This document shows positions 35,057-48,748 of a DNA stretch of 64,000 bases, piece after piece (the stretch's first letter is position 1; each line of letters begins with the position of its first letter). Below the pieces are notes generated by a model, which worked only from the letters and a program-made list of their open reading frames with translations, ran no database searches and was not told the origin of the DNA. The stretch covers positions 96,986 to 160,985 of the forward strand of contig CAKSOB010000001.1 of the NCBI GenBank assembly GCA_934476545.1, given 5' to 3'. The stretch is from an uncultured Eubacteriales bacterium (GTDB lineage: Bacteria > Bacillota > Clostridia > Oscillospirales > Acutalibacteraceae). The position numbers and the translations under genes are program-made.

Positions 35057-37165
35057 TTATAGCGCGTCTGCTCCCGTTGCAATTCCTTCGGTAGAACCGG
35101 CAACACCCGGTGTTACCAAGTTGCCATCCTCGTCCAAAACCTTTCCATAAAAATAAGCGTCAAAAATATCCTTTGCTACACCGGTGGAATACACACCGCT
35201 GGCACCGTACTCCAAAACGACTGCCACGGCAATCTCCGGATTGTCATAGGGTGCATACCCAATGAAAACCGTGTTATCGGAATGACCTACATTTTCCGCC
35301 GTACCGGTCTTTCCGGCAACAGCAATCCCATAGCTGCCAAAGGTAGTAGAAGCCGTACCGGTCTTGCAAACCTCTCGCATACCCTCTTGTACAATTTTTA
35401 AGTTACTTTTGGAAACACCCACTGTTTCCACTGTTTCCGATTTTGTTTCAGATACTACCTCTTTGCGGGTGTAATCGGTAATTTTATCCACAATATGGGT
35501 CTTTAACCGTGTGCCGTCATTGGCGATTGTTGCGCAATAGGCAGCTAATTGCAACGGTGTAAAGGCATTGTCCGATTCACCGATGGCTGCCTGAATGGTA
35601 TCACCGGGCTGCCATGTGCCGCCGTTTGTAACTCGATAGGTGGGACTTGCCAAGATTCCTTCACTTTCCCCCAGTTCTACGCCGGTTGTGGTTCCCAAAC
35701 CATAGCTCTTGGCATACAAATCAATGCTGTCAATGCCCAGTCGTCGTCCTACATCATAGAAAAAAATATTACAGGAGTGACTCAACGCCGAAACCACATT
35801 TAAAGAGCCATGATAGCCCATACAGGTTGGCGTATAGCTAGGGGCGTAGTAATTGTACACATGATTACAGGTCACGCGACTTTTCTCGGTAATGATGCCT
35901 TCTTCCAATGCTGCGGATGCCACACAAGGCTTAAAGACAGAACCGGGCTTAAAGGCTCCGTTAAATGCCCGATTGAACAGCGGATTCGTTTCATCTTGCA
36001 GTAGCTTCGTGTAATAATTCGGGTTCTCTACATATTTTCCTAAATCATATGTTGGATAGGTGGCTGCTGCTAAAATAGAGAAATCCTCTATCTTCAGCAC
36101 CACAACGCCACCGGCAACACAATCCTCGCCAACGTGTTTTTCCTTCATTTCTTTTCCGTTGGCGGAGGCTGCTTTCACATTCTTCGCCAGAGAAGCCGCA
36201 GCTACTTTTTGCAGGTTGGAATCTAGTGTGGTATAAACGGTATTCCCCTGCACCGGTTCTTTGGTTACGGTGGAATTCTTCACCGTACCGTCGCTGTTCA
36301 GCTCTAAGGAACGAATACCGTCCTCCCCTCGCAGATTTGACTCAAAGGCATACTCAATGCCGTTCTTTCCCACCACATCATCATAGGAGTACCCCTTTTC
36401 TTCTAAGGTTTCAAACTCATCCTTGGTCAGCTTTCCAATCGTTCCTAAAAGATGCGGCGCAATGGTCCCATCCTCATACTGTCGTGTGGTTGTTACCTTT
36501 ACCGTCACACCGGGCAAGGACTTGGAGTTTTCCTCAATGATAGAAACCGTATCCTTGCTGATGCTATCGGCAAATGTATAGGGCATGGTGGTAGAAAAGG
36601 TTTCCATGGTCATGTTATACCGAACGGAAAGCAATCGCAACAGTTCTTCCTTAGAATATTGCTCCTGCTCCACATTGTAAAGGTCACAAAGCTGCTTCAC
36701 ACAAAGCTCTGCGGAGGTATACTCATTCACATTCAAAAAGGATTTGCCCTTCAAAAAAGCAATGGCATCTTCTTTATTTTCTTCAAATTCATAATTGCCA
36801 TTTTTATCTAATTGAATGGGCAACTCATCATTCCAGGTTTCCTTCCGCTCTTCCATCAATTCCACTAATGTGTGAATGGTAGCATTGGCGTTTTTATCTG
36901 TCATATACGGCTTTTCAAAAACGACTTTATAGGCAGTTTTATTGGATGCCAAGGCATTGCCGTCCCGATCTAAAATTTCTCCACGGGCAGCGTCAATGGA
37001 TACGGTAGATAAAGACGTAGCGTTTGCGATTTCCAAATAGGTATCGCTATCCTTTACCTGCCATTGAAACAAACGCAAGGCGAACACGCCAAATGCCGCA
37101 GTCAATAAGGCACCGCAAATCCAATAAGGGGCAGTCCTTCGCCATTTGGATGGTTTCTTTTCCAT
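35057..37165 (-). CDS. mrdA: Penicillin-binding protein 2 (class B transpeptidase, elongasome-type)
   Basis: SVFK (SxxK), SCN (SxN) and KTGTA motifs, an N-terminal TM, and position after mreBCD. Confidence 0.85.
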   Translation of the reverse strand: MEKKPSKWRRTAPYWICGALLTAAFGVFALRLFQWQVKDSDTYLEIANATSLSTVSIDAARGEILDRDGNALASNKTAYKVVFEKPYMTDKNANATIHTLVELMEERKETWNDELPIQLDKNGNYEFEENKEDAIAFLKGKSFLNVNEYTSAELCVKQLCDLYNVEQEQYSKEELLRLLSVRYNMTMETFSTTMPYTFADSISKDTVSIIEENSKSLPGVTVKVTTTRQYEDGTIAPHLLGTIGKLTKDEFETLEEKGYSYDDVVGKNGIEYAFESNLRGEDGIRSLELNSDGTVKNSTVTKEPVQGNTVYTTLDSNLQKVAAASLAKNVKAASANGKEMKEKHVGEDCVAGGVVVLKIEDFSILAAATYPTYDLGKYVENPNYYTKLLQDETNPLFNRAFNGAFKPGSVFKPCVASAALEEGIITEKSRVTCNHVYNYYAPSYTPTCMGYHGSLNVVSALSHSCNIFFYDVGRRLGIDSIDLYAKSYGLGTTTGVELGESEGILASPTYRVTNGGTWQPGDTIQAAIGESDNAFTPLQLAAYCATIANDGTRLKTHIVDKITDYTRKEVVSETKSETVETVGVSKSNLKIVQEGMREVCKTGTASTTFGSYGIAVAGKTGTAENVGHSDNTVFIGYAPYDNPEIAVAVVLEYGASGVYSTGVAKDIFDAYFYGKVLDEDGNLVTPGVAGSTEGIATGADAL

Positions 37166-37286
37166 AAAATGCTCCTTTCGTTGAGAAATAGTTCTAAGCT
37201 ATCGTATCAATCTTGTGTGACAATCCTGTGAAAAATTGCGCCAAACAAAAAAGTTTTCCACAAACACAATTTTTTCTGTTAAAAAC

Positions 37287-37805
37287 TCAATCGATTCTTC
37301 CTACCGCACTCAATCCTCTGGTGAGAAAGTAGATTGGAATAGCGCACACAAACGTATAAATCGCCATTGGAACATAGTGGTGCAGCAGCACATAGCCAAT
37401 GGTTCCGTACCCCCACACCACATAGAAAAACAGCCAGTGCAGGGAAAATACCAGAAGAATCGTCAGCACCGTCATCATCAGTGCCGATAACAAATTTTTT
37501 TGAAATAATTTTCGTACCAGTGCAGCAATCGTATAGCAGGATGCAGCCAAAATCATAGCATGAAATCCGTAGGGTCCTCCTTGGCTGAAATCCATCAGCA
37601 ATCCGCAAAAGATGCCATAGGTCATCGCAGTCAGTTCTTTCACACCGGTCAAGGCAATCGACACCGCAACACAGACCATCAGCGCAGGCTTTGCACCACC
37701 GATAATCGGCAAAACCGCAGCCGTATCTCCGATGAGAAACAGTACAAAAATCTCTAATACAAATACAATTCCAAGGAGAAGCTTCCGGCGTGTTCCTTGC
37801 TTCAT
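37287..37805 (-). CDS. mreD: Rod shape-determining protein MreD
   Basis: Small polytopic membrane protein whose start overlaps the mreC stop. Confidence 0.8.
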   Translation of the reverse strand: MKQGTRRKLLLGIVFVLEIFVLFLIGDTAAVLPIIGGAKPALMVCVAVSIALTGVKELTAMTYGIFCGLLMDFSQGGPYGFHAMILAASCYTIAALVRKLFQKNLLSALMMTVLTILLVFSLHWLFFYVVWGYGTIGYVLLHHYVPMAIYTFVCAIPIYFLTRGLSAVGRID

Positions 37806-38683
37806 GAGCCGGTTCCCTCCCCGTTGCTGTCAGAATCAGGAAGGGTATCCCCCTGTCCTGCAAAGTCGGTGATAATCAGCACATCCTTCACATTTTTCAC
37901 ATCCACATAGGGTTCTACCGTTGCATAGAGGGAAACGTCTGTTTGACTGGATTGCACCTCTACTGCTTTTCCAATCAGCAGATTTTTCGGAAAAATTCCA
38001 CCAATGCCACTGGTTACAATCATATCGCCTTTTTTTACCGTGTTGTCATTTTCCAAATAAGACAGTCGCACCAACCCTTGATCCGCAAGGGCTGCATCAC
38101 TGGTCAGCACACCGGTATCTCGATTTACTTTGTCGATGGCAGAAATATTGGTGCTTGGCGATAAAATCGTTGTCACGCTGCATTGCATGGCACTGACGGA
38201 GGATACCCAACCGACCAAACCGCCTTCTGTAACCACCGGGTCGTTCACCGCAACACCGTCTAAGGTGCCTTTGTCTACCCGAAAGCTGTAATAGGACGCC
38301 GCGCCATCCCGCGCAATAACGGAACCGTAGGCAAATTTATAATCCGGATTGGCACTTTTTAACTCCAGAAAATTTTTAAGCTGCTCATTTTCTTGCTTGT
38401 ACTGATAGTAGTCGGATAGTTGTTTTTGCAACGCTTCCACCTGCGCCCGAAGCTGCTCGTTTTCGGCAGCAAGATCCTCATAGGAGGTTGTCACTCGTTC
38501 TGCCACGCCCGACACCGATTCGGCTGCGGCTGCACTGACCTTTTGCATTGGTGTGGTTACTGCGCCAAACAGGTTGGACAGTAAAAAACTGCCGTTATAT
38601 GCCGTATGTGCCAAAAGCAGCAACAGTGCAATCAGCACCGCTATCAATACTTTAAAACTTTTTGTCTTAAAAAAACGACGCAT
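37802..38683 (-). CDS. mreC: Rod shape-determining protein MreC
   Basis: N-terminal TM, a coiled-coil (AAENEQLRAQVEALQKQL) and a beta-rich C-terminal domain. Start is MRRFFKTKSF. Confidence 0.85.
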   Translation of the reverse strand: MRRFFKTKSFKVLIAVLIALLLLLAHTAYNGSFLLSNLFGAVTTPMQKVSAAAAESVSGVAERVTTSYEDLAAENEQLRAQVEALQKQLSDYYQYKQENEQLKNFLELKSANPDYKFAYGSVIARDGAASYYSFRVDKGTLDGVAVNDPVVTEGGLVGWVSSVSAMQCSVTTILSPSTNISAIDKVNRDTGVLTSDAALADQGLVRLSYLENDNTVKKGDMIVTSGIGGIFPKNLLIGKAVEVQSSQTDVSLYATVEPYVDVKNVKDVLIITDFAGQGDTLPDSDSNGEGTGS

Positions 38684-38779
38684 CCAATCCCCTCGTTTCC
38701 TTCCGATTTTGATGATTCTCCTCTCCGAAAGAGGAAGTCTGCCGATAAAAAAAGAGAGCAACCGCTCTCCCTTGATTTC

Positions 38780-39796
38780 TTATGATCGTTTCCGCCATTT
38801 GGAGGAAATGTCCTTTGGCAGCGTCAGCTCCAACCGTTTGCCGGTACCGATCGCAACGCAGTCCAACGGCTCGTCCGCCACCTGTACCGGAATGCTGGTC
38901 CGCTGGGAGATCAGCTTGTCCAAGCCCCGCAGCATTGCGCCGCCGCCGGTGAGGGTAATGCCGTAATCAATAATATCCGCAGAAAGCTCCGGCGGTGTTT
39001 TTTCCAGTGTAGTCAAGATTGCATCTACAATGGCCTCCACCGGCTCAATCAGCGCTTCTCTTACATCGGTGCCGGAAATAATTGCTTCTCCCGGCAAACC
39101 GTCTGCCAAATTGCGTCCCTTGATTTGCATATCGGAGTTTTCGATGTCCTCCAATGGAAATGCCGAGCCCAGCGCAATCTTAATATTTTCTGCGGTACGT
39201 TCACCAATCAGCAAATTAAAGCGACGCTTCACATAATTGATGATGGCTTCATCAAAGGTATCACCTGCCACACGCACGGAACAAGAAGATACGATATCGC
39301 CTAAGGAAATAACCGCTACTTCTGTGGTACCGCCACCGATATCTACCACCATGCAGCCTACCGGTTCCCCAACCGGAAGATCTGCACCGATTGCAGCAGC
39401 CATCGGCTCCTCCAACAGCTCTACATGGTTTGCGCCGGCGGAACGGGCAGCGTCCTCTACGGCACGACGTTCTACTTCGGTAACACCGGAAGGAATACAA
39501 ACCACGATATGTGGTCGTCCAAAGGCGCTGCTCTTTGTGGTTTGACGAATAAAATGCTTCAGCATAGTCGCTGTAATATCAAAGTCTGCAATGACGCCGT
39601 CTTTCAAAGGGCGAACCGCCACAATGGAACCGGGGGTACGACCAATCATTTTTTTCGCCTCGGCACCAACTGCCAAAACGGTATCGGTACGGGTATCTAC
39701 CGCCACAACGGAGGGTTCCCGCATAACGATCCCCTTTCCCTTCATATAAACCAAGGTATTGGCAGTACCCAAGTCAATTCCCAAATCTCTAGACAA
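38780..39796 (-). CDS. mreB: Rod shape-determining actin homologue MreB
   Basis: [27 protein letters not shown] and [12 protein letters not shown] motifs. Confidence 0.95.
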   Translation of the reverse strand: MSRDLGIDLGTANTLVYMKGKGIVMREPSVVAVDTRTDTVLAVGAEAKKMIGRTPGSIVAVRPLKDGVIADFDITATMLKHFIRQTTKSSAFGRPHIVVCIPSGVTEVERRAVEDAARSAGANHVELLEEPMAAAIGADLPVGEPVGCMVVDIGGGTTEVAVISLGDIVSSCSVRVAGDTFDEAIINYVKRRFNLLIGERTAENIKIALGSAFPLEDIENSDMQIKGRNLADGLPGEAIISGTDVREALIEPVEAIVDAILTTLEKTPPELSADIIDYGITLTGGGAMLRGLDKLISQRTSIPVQVADEPLDCVAIGTGKRLELTLPKDISSKWRKRS

Positions 39797-39954
39797 TCTG
39801 TCCTCTCCTTTCCTCTTTCAAAAAAAACGATGCTGTTCTCTATCTCAAAGTGATTTTTTTGCACGATAGTTTTCCATTGTTATTATAACATAAAAATTTG
39901 CATTGGGAATGGGAAACATAAAAAATTTACAACTTTCCCATACTTCTCCCATTG

Positions 39955-39982
39955 AAACAAAAAGAGTGGCAAACGCCACTCT
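39955..39982 (-). terminator. Intrinsic terminator
   Basis: AGAGTGGC-GTTT-GCCACTCT followed by a T-run on the minus strand. Confidence 0.65.
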
Positions 39983-39985
39983 TTC

Positions 39986-40315
39986 TTATAAATATCGCTT
40001 GTGAATCGGATACCCCATACCGCAACCCACAAAGGCGGCAGCCGTGTAAAAAATACAGTAATACATATATGGAAGCCCGTAGTACAGCAGTGCAGACAGC
40101 AAAAACAAAATGCCTAAGGTAACAGGCAAATACACCTGCATTCCAAACTTTACCGTGTACAACATACAGGATACAATGTTGTAAATCGGATTGATAAACA
40201 ACAGAAGTCCCATAGTTAAAACGGCAGAATTAAAGATGGGCGGAAATACAAAATAAATGATAAATCCCAACCCAATGATTAAGCTATAATACATCCACCG
40301 TTTTCGCTCTCTCAT
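39986..40315 (-). CDS. Hypothetical small membrane protein (3-4 TM)
   Basis: Hydrophobic 109-aa ORF directly downstream of gyrA. No family recognised. Confidence 0.5.
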   Translation of the reverse strand: MRERKRWMYYSLIIGLGFIIYFVFPPIFNSAVLTMGLLLFINPIYNIVSCMLYTVKFGMQVYLPVTLGILFLLSALLYYGLPYMYYCIFYTAAAFVGCGMGYPIHKRYL

Positions 40316-40325
40316 GCCTGTTTTC

Positions 40326-42866
40326 CTACTCCTGTTCCGGGGTTTCCGCTACTTCTTCCGCATCTTCTGCATCTTGTTCCGGTACGTCGGTGACTTCTTC
40401 CTCCTCGTGAGGAACACGTGCCAAGGTGACCACCTTGTTTTCTTCTCCATCCACTCGCATAACCAGAACGCCCTTACTTGGACGAGCGCACTCTCGAATC
40501 GAACTGGACTCAATGCGAATGATCGTACCGTCTGTAGAAATTAAGATAACATCCTCTTCCTTATCTACTGCCAGAATAGATGCTACATCACCATACTTTT
40601 CGGTATGGTAGTTTACCAGACCCTTACCGCCTCTGGACTGAATCCGGTAGTCACTGATTGGCGAGAGTCTGCCAAATCCGGTTTCCGATACGGTCAGTAC
40701 CAAATGATCCTCGTCCAAGCGACACATTCCGGCAATATAGTCGTCCTCATTCAGTGCCATTGCTTTTACACCACGAGCGGTTCTGCCCATTGCACGAACA
40801 TCGGTTTCTTTAAAGCGGATTGCCATACCCTTCTTGGTTGCAACCAACAAATCATCGTTGCCGGAGGTCATGGAAACCCAACTCAACTCGTCTCCCTCAT
40901 CCAAATCAATGGCGATGATGCCGCCCTTTCTGGCAGTGTTGTAATCATTCAGCTTAGTACGCTTAATGATACCGTTGCGGGTAATCATAACCAGGTACTT
41001 GTCCTCTTCAAATTCGGAAACACGAATCAAACTGGTAACCTTCTCGTCAGAGGTAATCGGCAGCAGATTGGCCACATTCATACCCTTACTGGTTCGAGAA
41101 CCTTCCGGAATTTCGTAGCACTTGAGCCGATACACTCTGCCCAAATTGGTGAAGAAGAGTACATAGTCGTGGCTGTTGAGAACGAACATTTCTCTTACCA
41201 CGTCCTCTTCTCTCCGTTTCATACTGGACACACCTCTGCCGCCACGGCGCTGGGTATGGTAAGCGTCCATTTTCTGCCGCTTCAAATAACCAAAGTTGGT
41301 CATGGTCAGAACACATTCCTCTCTTGGAATCAAGTCCTCAATGTCCACTTCTCCGGTTACCGCAGCAATTTCGGTGCGACGCTCGTCGCTGTACTTGGCT
41401 TTTACTGCTTGAGCTTCATCCTTAATGATTGCCAGAACACGGCTTTCGTTTGCCAAAATATTCTTAAAGTCTGCAATTTTCAAGCCCAACTCTCGCAGCT
41501 CGTCCTCAATTTTCTGCCGCTCTAAACCGGTCAACCGACCGAGCTGCATCTGCACAATTGCTTGTGCCTGAACTTCATCCAAGCCAAATCGTTCCATCAA
41601 GGACTGCTTGCCTTCACCGATGGACTTGGAAGAACGAAGAATGGCAATGACCTCATCAATGAAATCCAACGCGATCTTCAGACCCTCCAAGATATGCGCC
41701 CGCTCCTCTGCCTTGCGTAAATCAAAGGCAACACGACGGGTAACAACCCCTTGTTGGAACTTGATATATTCCTGGAGAATCTCAATGAGTGTCAAGGTTT
41801 TTGGCTGACCGTCTACGATTGCCAGCATGATCACGCCAAAGGTGGTCTGCATTTGGGTGTAGGAGAACAGTTGGTTCAACACCACTTGCGGAGAAGCATC
41901 CCGCTTGACATCCACAACCATATACATACCGTCACGGTCAGAGTGATCCTCTACATTAGAGATCCCCTCAATGCGCTTGTCCTTCACCAAATCCGCAATA
42001 CTCTCGTGGAGTCTTGCCTTGTTTACCTGATATGGTAATTCGGTAATTACGATCTTAAATCGACCGTTTTTCTCCTCCACAATTTCGGTTCTGGCACGAA
42101 CGGTAATCCGTCCACGTCCGGTTGCATAGGCCGCGCGGATTCCGCTTCTGCCCATGATAATACCGGCAGTTGGAAAGTCCGGACCCTTGATATGCTCCAT
42201 GATTTCCTCCAATGTGGCATCGGGGTTATCAATCAAAGCACACATACCGTCGATGACCTCGCCCATGTTATGGGGCGGAATATTGGTTGCCATACCAACG
42301 GCAATACCGGTGGAGCCGTTTACCAACAGGTTTGGAAAATGAGATGGCAAAACGGTAGGCTGCATCAAACGGTCATCGTAGTTTGGCTCAAAATCTACGG
42401 TTTCTTTTTCAATGTCGGAGAGCAATACCTCGGTGAGCTTGCTCATTCTTGCTTCTGTATAACGATAAGCAGCCGGCGGGTCACCGTCTACGGAACCGAA
42501 GTTACCGTGACCGTCCACCAGTGGATACCGCATGGAGAAATCCTGTGCCAGACGAACAAGGGCGTCATACACAGAGGCATCACCGTGGGGGTGATACCGT
42601 CCCAACACGGCACCTACCGTATCGGCACATTTGCGGTATGCCTTGTCGGAATGAAGTCCGTTTTCAAACATGGTATACAGAATACGGCGATGCACCGGCT
42701 TCAAACCATCCCGCACATCCGGTAGCGCGCGGGACACAATGACCGACATGGAGTAGCTGAGGAAGGATTTTTGCATTTCCTTCTCAATATCCACAGGAAT
42801 CAGCCGGTGATCGGAGAATCCCTCCGCCGTAACCTGCTGTTCTAAATTTTGTTCGTGTTCTTGCAT
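40326..42866 (-). CDS. gyrA: DNA gyrase subunit A
   Basis: [11 protein letters not shown] active-site Tyr region, [17 protein letters not shown], beta-pinwheel repeats and an acidic tail. Confidence 0.97.
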   Translation of the reverse strand: MQEHEQNLEQQVTAEGFSDHRLIPVDIEKEMQKSFLSYSMSVIVSRALPDVRDGLKPVHRRILYTMFENGLHSDKAYRKCADTVGAVLGRYHPHGDASVYDALVRLAQDFSMRYPLVDGHGNFGSVDGDPPAAYRYTEARMSKLTEVLLSDIEKETVDFEPNYDDRLMQPTVLPSHFPNLLVNGSTGIAVGMATNIPPHNMGEVIDGMCALIDNPDATLEEIMEHIKGPDFPTAGIIMGRSGIRAAYATGRGRITVRARTEIVEEKNGRFKIVITELPYQVNKARLHESIADLVKDKRIEGISNVEDHSDRDGMYMVVDVKRDASPQVVLNQLFSYTQMQTTFGVIMLAIVDGQPKTLTLIEILQEYIKFQQGVVTRRVAFDLRKAEERAHILEGLKIALDFIDEVIAILRSSKSIGEGKQSLMERFGLDEVQAQAIVQMQLGRLTGLERQKIEDELRELGLKIADFKNILANESRVLAIIKDEAQAVKAKYSDERRTEIAAVTGEVDIEDLIPREECVLTMTNFGYLKRQKMDAYHTQRRGGRGVSSMKRREEDVVREMFVLNSHDYVLFFTNLGRVYRLKCYEIPEGSRTSKGMNVANLLPITSDEKVTSLIRVSEFEEDKYLVMITRNGIIKRTKLNDYNTARKGGIIAIDLDEGDELSWVSMTSGNDDLLVATKKGMAIRFKETDVRAMGRTARGVKAMALNEDDYIAGMCRLDEDHLVLTVSETGFGRLSPISDYRIQSRGGKGLVNYHTEKYGDVASILAVDKEEDVILISTDGTIIRIESSSIRECARPSKGVLVMRVDGEENKVVTLARVPHEEEEVTDVPEQDAEDAEEVAETPEQE

Positions 42867-42897
42867 AGTTGTTCACCCTTTGCGTTCGATGACGCGG

Positions 42898-43440
42898 TTA
42901 TTTTACAAATGGCTTTGTTGCTTGCAGGAGTCTGCCATGAACCAAATCCCGTTTTCCCTCTGCGATAGAGGAAAGCGGCAAAAGCAGCCACTCCTTCGGT
43001 CCGGTATGCAGCACGAGAAGATCATTTTTCTCCTCACACACCACAGAACCATCCAGCGGAAAGGTCCATGGTTCCGATAAGCCGCTCCGTACCGTAGCGG
43101 TGTTCGTTCCTAGCGTCATGGTAATGGAATCACCGGTTACAAGCCGATTGCAGGTATTTCGTACTGAAAACAGCACGGCTGCCCAAACCAATCCAATCAA
43201 GCAGGCGCAAGCAATGCAGAAAATCATAGCATTGCCGTCGTCCCAAACGATCCACCAAACACCAAAAAGAATCACCAGTCCGGCAAGCACACCGGATTCG
43301 ATGATTGCCTTAATAAAATTTTTCCGGTAAATCCGAGAAGTTTTTAAGGCACGATAAATGTTGTCTGCTGTCAATGTATAAGAGAACTCCAGCTCGTCGG
43401 CAGACCCGACGGCGGAGGAAGTTGATTCGTTCTGATTCAT
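42898..43440 (-). CDS. Hypothetical membrane protein (YcxB-like architecture: two TM plus a C-terminal PH-like domain)
   Basis: Inner ATG (MNQNESTS) just downstream of the gyrB stop. Two adjacent TM segments. Family assignment is tentative. Confidence 0.5.
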   Translation of the reverse strand: MNQNESTSSAVGSADELEFSYTLTADNIYRALKTSRIYRKNFIKAIIESGVLAGLVILFGVWWIVWDDGNAMIFCIACACLIGLVWAAVLFSVRNTCNRLVTGDSITMTLGTNTATVRSGLSEPWTFPLDGSVVCEEKNDLLVLHTGPKEWLLLPLSSIAEGKRDLVHGRLLQATKPFVK

Positions 43441-43501
43441 ACGATCCCTTTCATCCTCTACAACTGATCTTGTATCTGTTCCGCAAAAATCAGATGGTCG
43501 A

Positions 43502-45484
<1,983 letters not shown>

Positions 45485-45493
45485 TTATCCGCA

Positions 45494-45934
45494 TTATTTC
45501 TTCTTCGGCGGTTGGAATTGGGTGGTTTTCTCCCGCTCCAGGGAAAATTGATTGGTCGATGACTGCGGTGGTTTCTGCTGTGTGGAATGTTTTTGCCCCA
45601 CCAGCTTGGTTGGCGTCAGCCGCACAAAAAAGGGCGACAGCACTGTAAAGATAAAAAACGGCACCAACATTACCGGCAAAAAAGCCAAGTGCACACTGCC
45701 CATAAACATAAAGATTAGCAGTAAAATTGCGGCAATGATGGCAGAAAACAGTCCCATCCAAAGAATCGGTCTTGCTAACTTTACATCGGAAAATCCACCG
45801 CAGCTATCACAGCGAAATTCCCCTTTGGATTTAATGCTCCAAGCATAAAAAGGATTGATTCGTTTTCCGCAATGAGGACATTGCGGCAGGGCGAATCCGC
45901 CTTGTTGCGTCGATTTAGTAGTTTGTTGTTCCAT
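45494..45934 (-). CDS. Hypothetical zinc-ribbon membrane protein
   Basis: CPHCGKRINPF...FRCDSCGG followed by two TM segments and a Q/P/K-rich tail. Confidence 0.5.
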   Translation of the reverse strand: MEQQTTKSTQQGGFALPQCPHCGKRINPFYAWSIKSKGEFRCDSCGGFSDVKLARPILWMGLFSAIIAAILLLIFMFMGSVHLAFLPVMLVPFFIFTVLSPFFVRLTPTKLVGQKHSTQQKPPQSSTNQFSLEREKTTQFQPPKKK

Positions 45935-45989
45935 ACGATCGCTCCTTTCCGGTTTATCTTAAAACCACATATCTAAAAATACGTCTTTA

Positions 45990-46286
45990 TCATAATGCAA
46001 TCCCGCGGAAAAAATTTGTCCTTTTTCGTAAGGTGGATGCGGAAATTTGAGAAATATAGACGGTTACTCCGTCTTTTTTTCTTCGTTTAGAGGGGGGTTC
46101 ACTGCACACAACAAACGTTTTGGGCAGTTCCATAGAAACATTCACGACCCGCCCCTGTTTTTCCGCCTGAGTAAGATAATTTCGTGTAAATTTTGAAATG
46201 GTGCAATTATCCAAATCAAAAATACCCAAAACCGTATCGGTTCGGACAACGGTATCCTGTCCCAAATGAAGATACATTGTGTACAC
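45990..46286 (-). CDS. remB: DUF370/RemB (YaaB)-family protein
   Basis: About 95 aa, at the conserved position between recF and gyrB as in B. subtilis yaaB/remB. Confidence 0.7.
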   Translation of the reverse strand: MYTMYLHLGQDTVVRTDTVLGIFDLDNCTISKFTRNYLTQAEKQGRVVNVSMELPKTFVVCSEPPSKRRKKDGVTVYISQISASTLRKRTNFFRGIAL

Positions 46287-46296
46287 CTCCCTCCCA

Positions 46297-47403
46297 TTAT
46301 TTTGCGATTTTCGATTCTTGTGTAACCGTTCCGTCTGCTACAAAATAGACACTGCCGTTTTGCAAAATTCGCACCACTTCCGGATTGCAGCAGGTTAAGA
46401 AAATCTGTTGATCTTGAATGCGATGCAGCAGGTAATCCTGTCGATCAGTGTCCAATTCGCTCATGACATCGTCTAACAGAATGACCGGTTTTTCTCCCGT
46501 TAATTCTTCCAAAACGGCAGCTTCCGCCAACTTAAGAGAGAGCACCACAGACCGCTGTTGTCCTTGAGAGCCGTACAATCTTGCCGAGATACCATTGATA
46601 GAAATCTCCAAGTCATCTCGATGGGGTCCCACGGAAGTATGTCCCAGTAGCAAATCATTCCCTTGGCAGCGTTCCAATTTTTCCAGGAATACAGATTCTG
46701 TGATCGGTTCTTCATCCGGAACAATCGTGCTGTAAGACATCGTTAAAACCTCGGTATCTTGGGATAATCCGCTATAAATCTCTTTTGATCGGGACTCTAA
46801 AAACTGAGTCATTTCTCGACGTTGCCGGATCAGCGCCACTCCTCGCTCTGCAAGCGCCTGATCCCAAATTTCCAATGTGGATTGTAAAGAAGGTTGCTTG
46901 GAAACCTCTTTCAGCAAGGTATTCCGCTGTTGAAGTGTCCTCTGGTAACGGACAAAATCCTTTGCATAAGAAGGGCGACTCTGGCATAACACCGTATCCA
47001 AAAAGCTGCGGCGCAATGCCGGTCCGTTCTTCACCAAGCCGAGATGCTCCGGCGAAAAAATCACACTGCAAAATTTTCCAATCAAATCTGCGCCGGTGCG
47101 TTTTTCTACACCGTTAACAAAAAATTGCCGTTTTTTTCCCGTAATTGTCAGGTCAATCGTTTGCTCTCGCCCTTCGCTGAAAAATTGCAGCGATAATTTA
47201 CACGTTGCTTCTCCAAAACAAATCAGCTCCGGATCTTTGACTCCTCGAAAGGAATGTCCTCCGGTAAACAACCACAACGCTTCCAATAAATTAGTTTTCC
47301 CTTGTGCGTTTTTGCCATAAATCACATTAACATTTGGAGAAAATTCTATGGTCTGGTGGGACAAATTACGAAAATTTTCCACAGTTACCGCTAAAACATT
47401 CAA
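46297..47403 (-). CDS. recF: DNA replication and repair protein RecF
   Basis: Walker [14 protein letters not shown], signature [16 protein letters not shown] and Walker [13 protein letters not shown]. Confidence 0.95.
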   Translation of the reverse strand: MNVLAVTVENFRNLSHQTIEFSPNVNVIYGKNAQGKTNLLEALWLFTGGHSFRGVKDPELICFGEATCKLSLQFFSEGREQTIDLTITGKKRQFFVNGVEKRTGADLIGKFCSVIFSPEHLGLVKNGPALRRSFLDTVLCQSRPSYAKDFVRYQRTLQQRNTLLKEVSKQPSLQSTLEIWDQALAERGVALIRQRREMTQFLESRSKEIYSGLSQDTEVLTMSYSTIVPDEEPITESVFLEKLERCQGNDLLLGHTSVGPHRDDLEISINGISARLYGSQGQQRSVVLSLKLAEAAVLEELTGEKPVILLDDVMSELDTDRQDYLLHRIQDQQIFLTCCNPEVVRILQNGSVYFVADGTVTQESKIAK

Positions 47404-47630
47404 AGTGCCGCAACCTCATAAGTTACATTTTCGTATTCGGCAAAATCGCCCGGGCGCATTTTTTTACCTCGCATTGCGCAAGGTTCACCGTTGACTTTTA
47501 CCAACCCGTCTTGAATTACCAGCTTAGCTTGTCCGCCGGTATCCACAGCGCCTGCAAATTTCAACAATGCGTCCAGTCGAATAAATTCCGTGTCAATGGA
47601 GATGGTTCGTTTTTCCATAACTTTTGCCAC
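47400..47630 (-). CDS. yaaA: S4-domain RNA-binding protein (YaaA-like)
   Basis: 76 aa ([11 protein letters not shown]...[15 protein letters not shown]) between dnaN and recF. Its stop overlaps the recF start. Confidence 0.8.
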   Translation of the reverse strand: MAKVMEKRTISIDTEFIRLDALLKFAGAVDTGGQAKLVIQDGLVKVNGEPCAMRGKKMRPGDFAEYENVTYEVAAL

Positions 47631-47638
47631 CTTTTTTG

Positions 47639-48748
47639 TTAATAATCTGCTTTTAATCGCACCGGAAGTACCAAGAACAAGAATTCTTCACTGTCTTTCG
47701 GCGTAATTAACATTGGGCTGATTGCCCCACTCAGAGAAATTTTAACTTCGTCGCACTCACTGTTCCGCAAGGCGTCTAATAAATAGCGATTGTTGAAACC
47801 CATTTCCAGGGATTGTCCCTGAATGTGCGCCGGGAATCGGTCATTTGCCCGACCGATTGGAGTGGAGCAAAACAGTCGAATTTCATCGTTCTCAAAAATA
47901 CAACGAATCGGACTTTTCAGCCGATCGGTGATCAGCAGAGAAACACGTTCTACACTTTCCACAAAATCCCGAACTTTTACGGTAATTTCTGTTGTTTTTT
48001 GCTTTGGAAGCGCAGAATGATAATCGAGAAATTCGCCTTCCAGTAAGCGAGATACTAAGGTGTAATTGTCTAAAGTAAAGACGATATGTCTGGTTGCGAT
48101 GTGGAGGGTAACGGTTTCATCTCCGTCATCTTTCAACAATCGCAGCAATTCGGAAAGGGTTTTGCCCGGCACTACGAAGTTGGTGTTTTTTGAACAGTTC
48201 ATTTTTTCCTCTCGAACGGCTAATCGGTAACCGTCAACGGAGACCAGTCGAAAACAATCAGGACAAAGTTCAAAAAGTGTGCCGGTGTGAATCGGTTTTG
48301 CGTCATTTTCGGCTACGGCAAAAATAGTTTGACGGATCATATTTTTTAACATTCCCTGGGGAACAGTGATGGCATCTTCATCGTGAACAGTGGGAAGATC
48401 CGGATATTCTTCCGCAGGAATACCGGTAATTGTGAACGTGCTTTCTCCGCTAACAATGGTCATGCGGTTGTTGTCATCCACAGAAATGGTTACTTGGTCG
48501 TTCGGTAATCGACGTACAATATCTCCGAAAAGTTTTGCGCTGATAACAATTTTTCCTGGTTCTTCAACATGGCTTTGCAAAACAGTTGTCATACCCAGTT
48601 CTAAATTGTAACCGCAAAGGGTAACTGTTTCTTCCGATGTTTTTAACAGAATACCCTCTAAGGACGGAATTGTGGATTTTACGGAAACAGCTCTTTGCAC
48701 ATTGGTAACAGTTTCCACTAATTGATGTTTATCGCAAGAAAATTTCAT
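47639..48748 (-). CDS. dnaN: DNA polymerase III beta sliding clamp
   Basis: The inner start [14 protein letters not shown] gives 369 aa. Ends in LVLPVRL. Confidence 0.95.
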   Translation of the reverse strand: MKFSCDKHQLVETVTNVQRAVSVKSTIPSLEGILLKTSEETVTLCGYNLELGMTTVLQSHVEEPGKIVISAKLFGDIVRRLPNDQVTISVDDNNRMTIVSGESTFTITGIPAEEYPDLPTVHDEDAITVPQGMLKNMIRQTIFAVAENDAKPIHTGTLFELCPDCFRLVSVDGYRLAVREEKMNCSKNTNFVVPGKTLSELLRLLKDDGDETVTLHIATRHIVFTLDNYTLVSRLLEGEFLDYHSALPKQKTTEITVKVRDFVESVERVSLLITDRLKSPIRCIFENDEIRLFCSTPIGRANDRFPAHIQGQSLEMGFNNRYLLDALRNSECDEVKISLSGAISPMLITPKDSEEFLFLVLPVRLKADY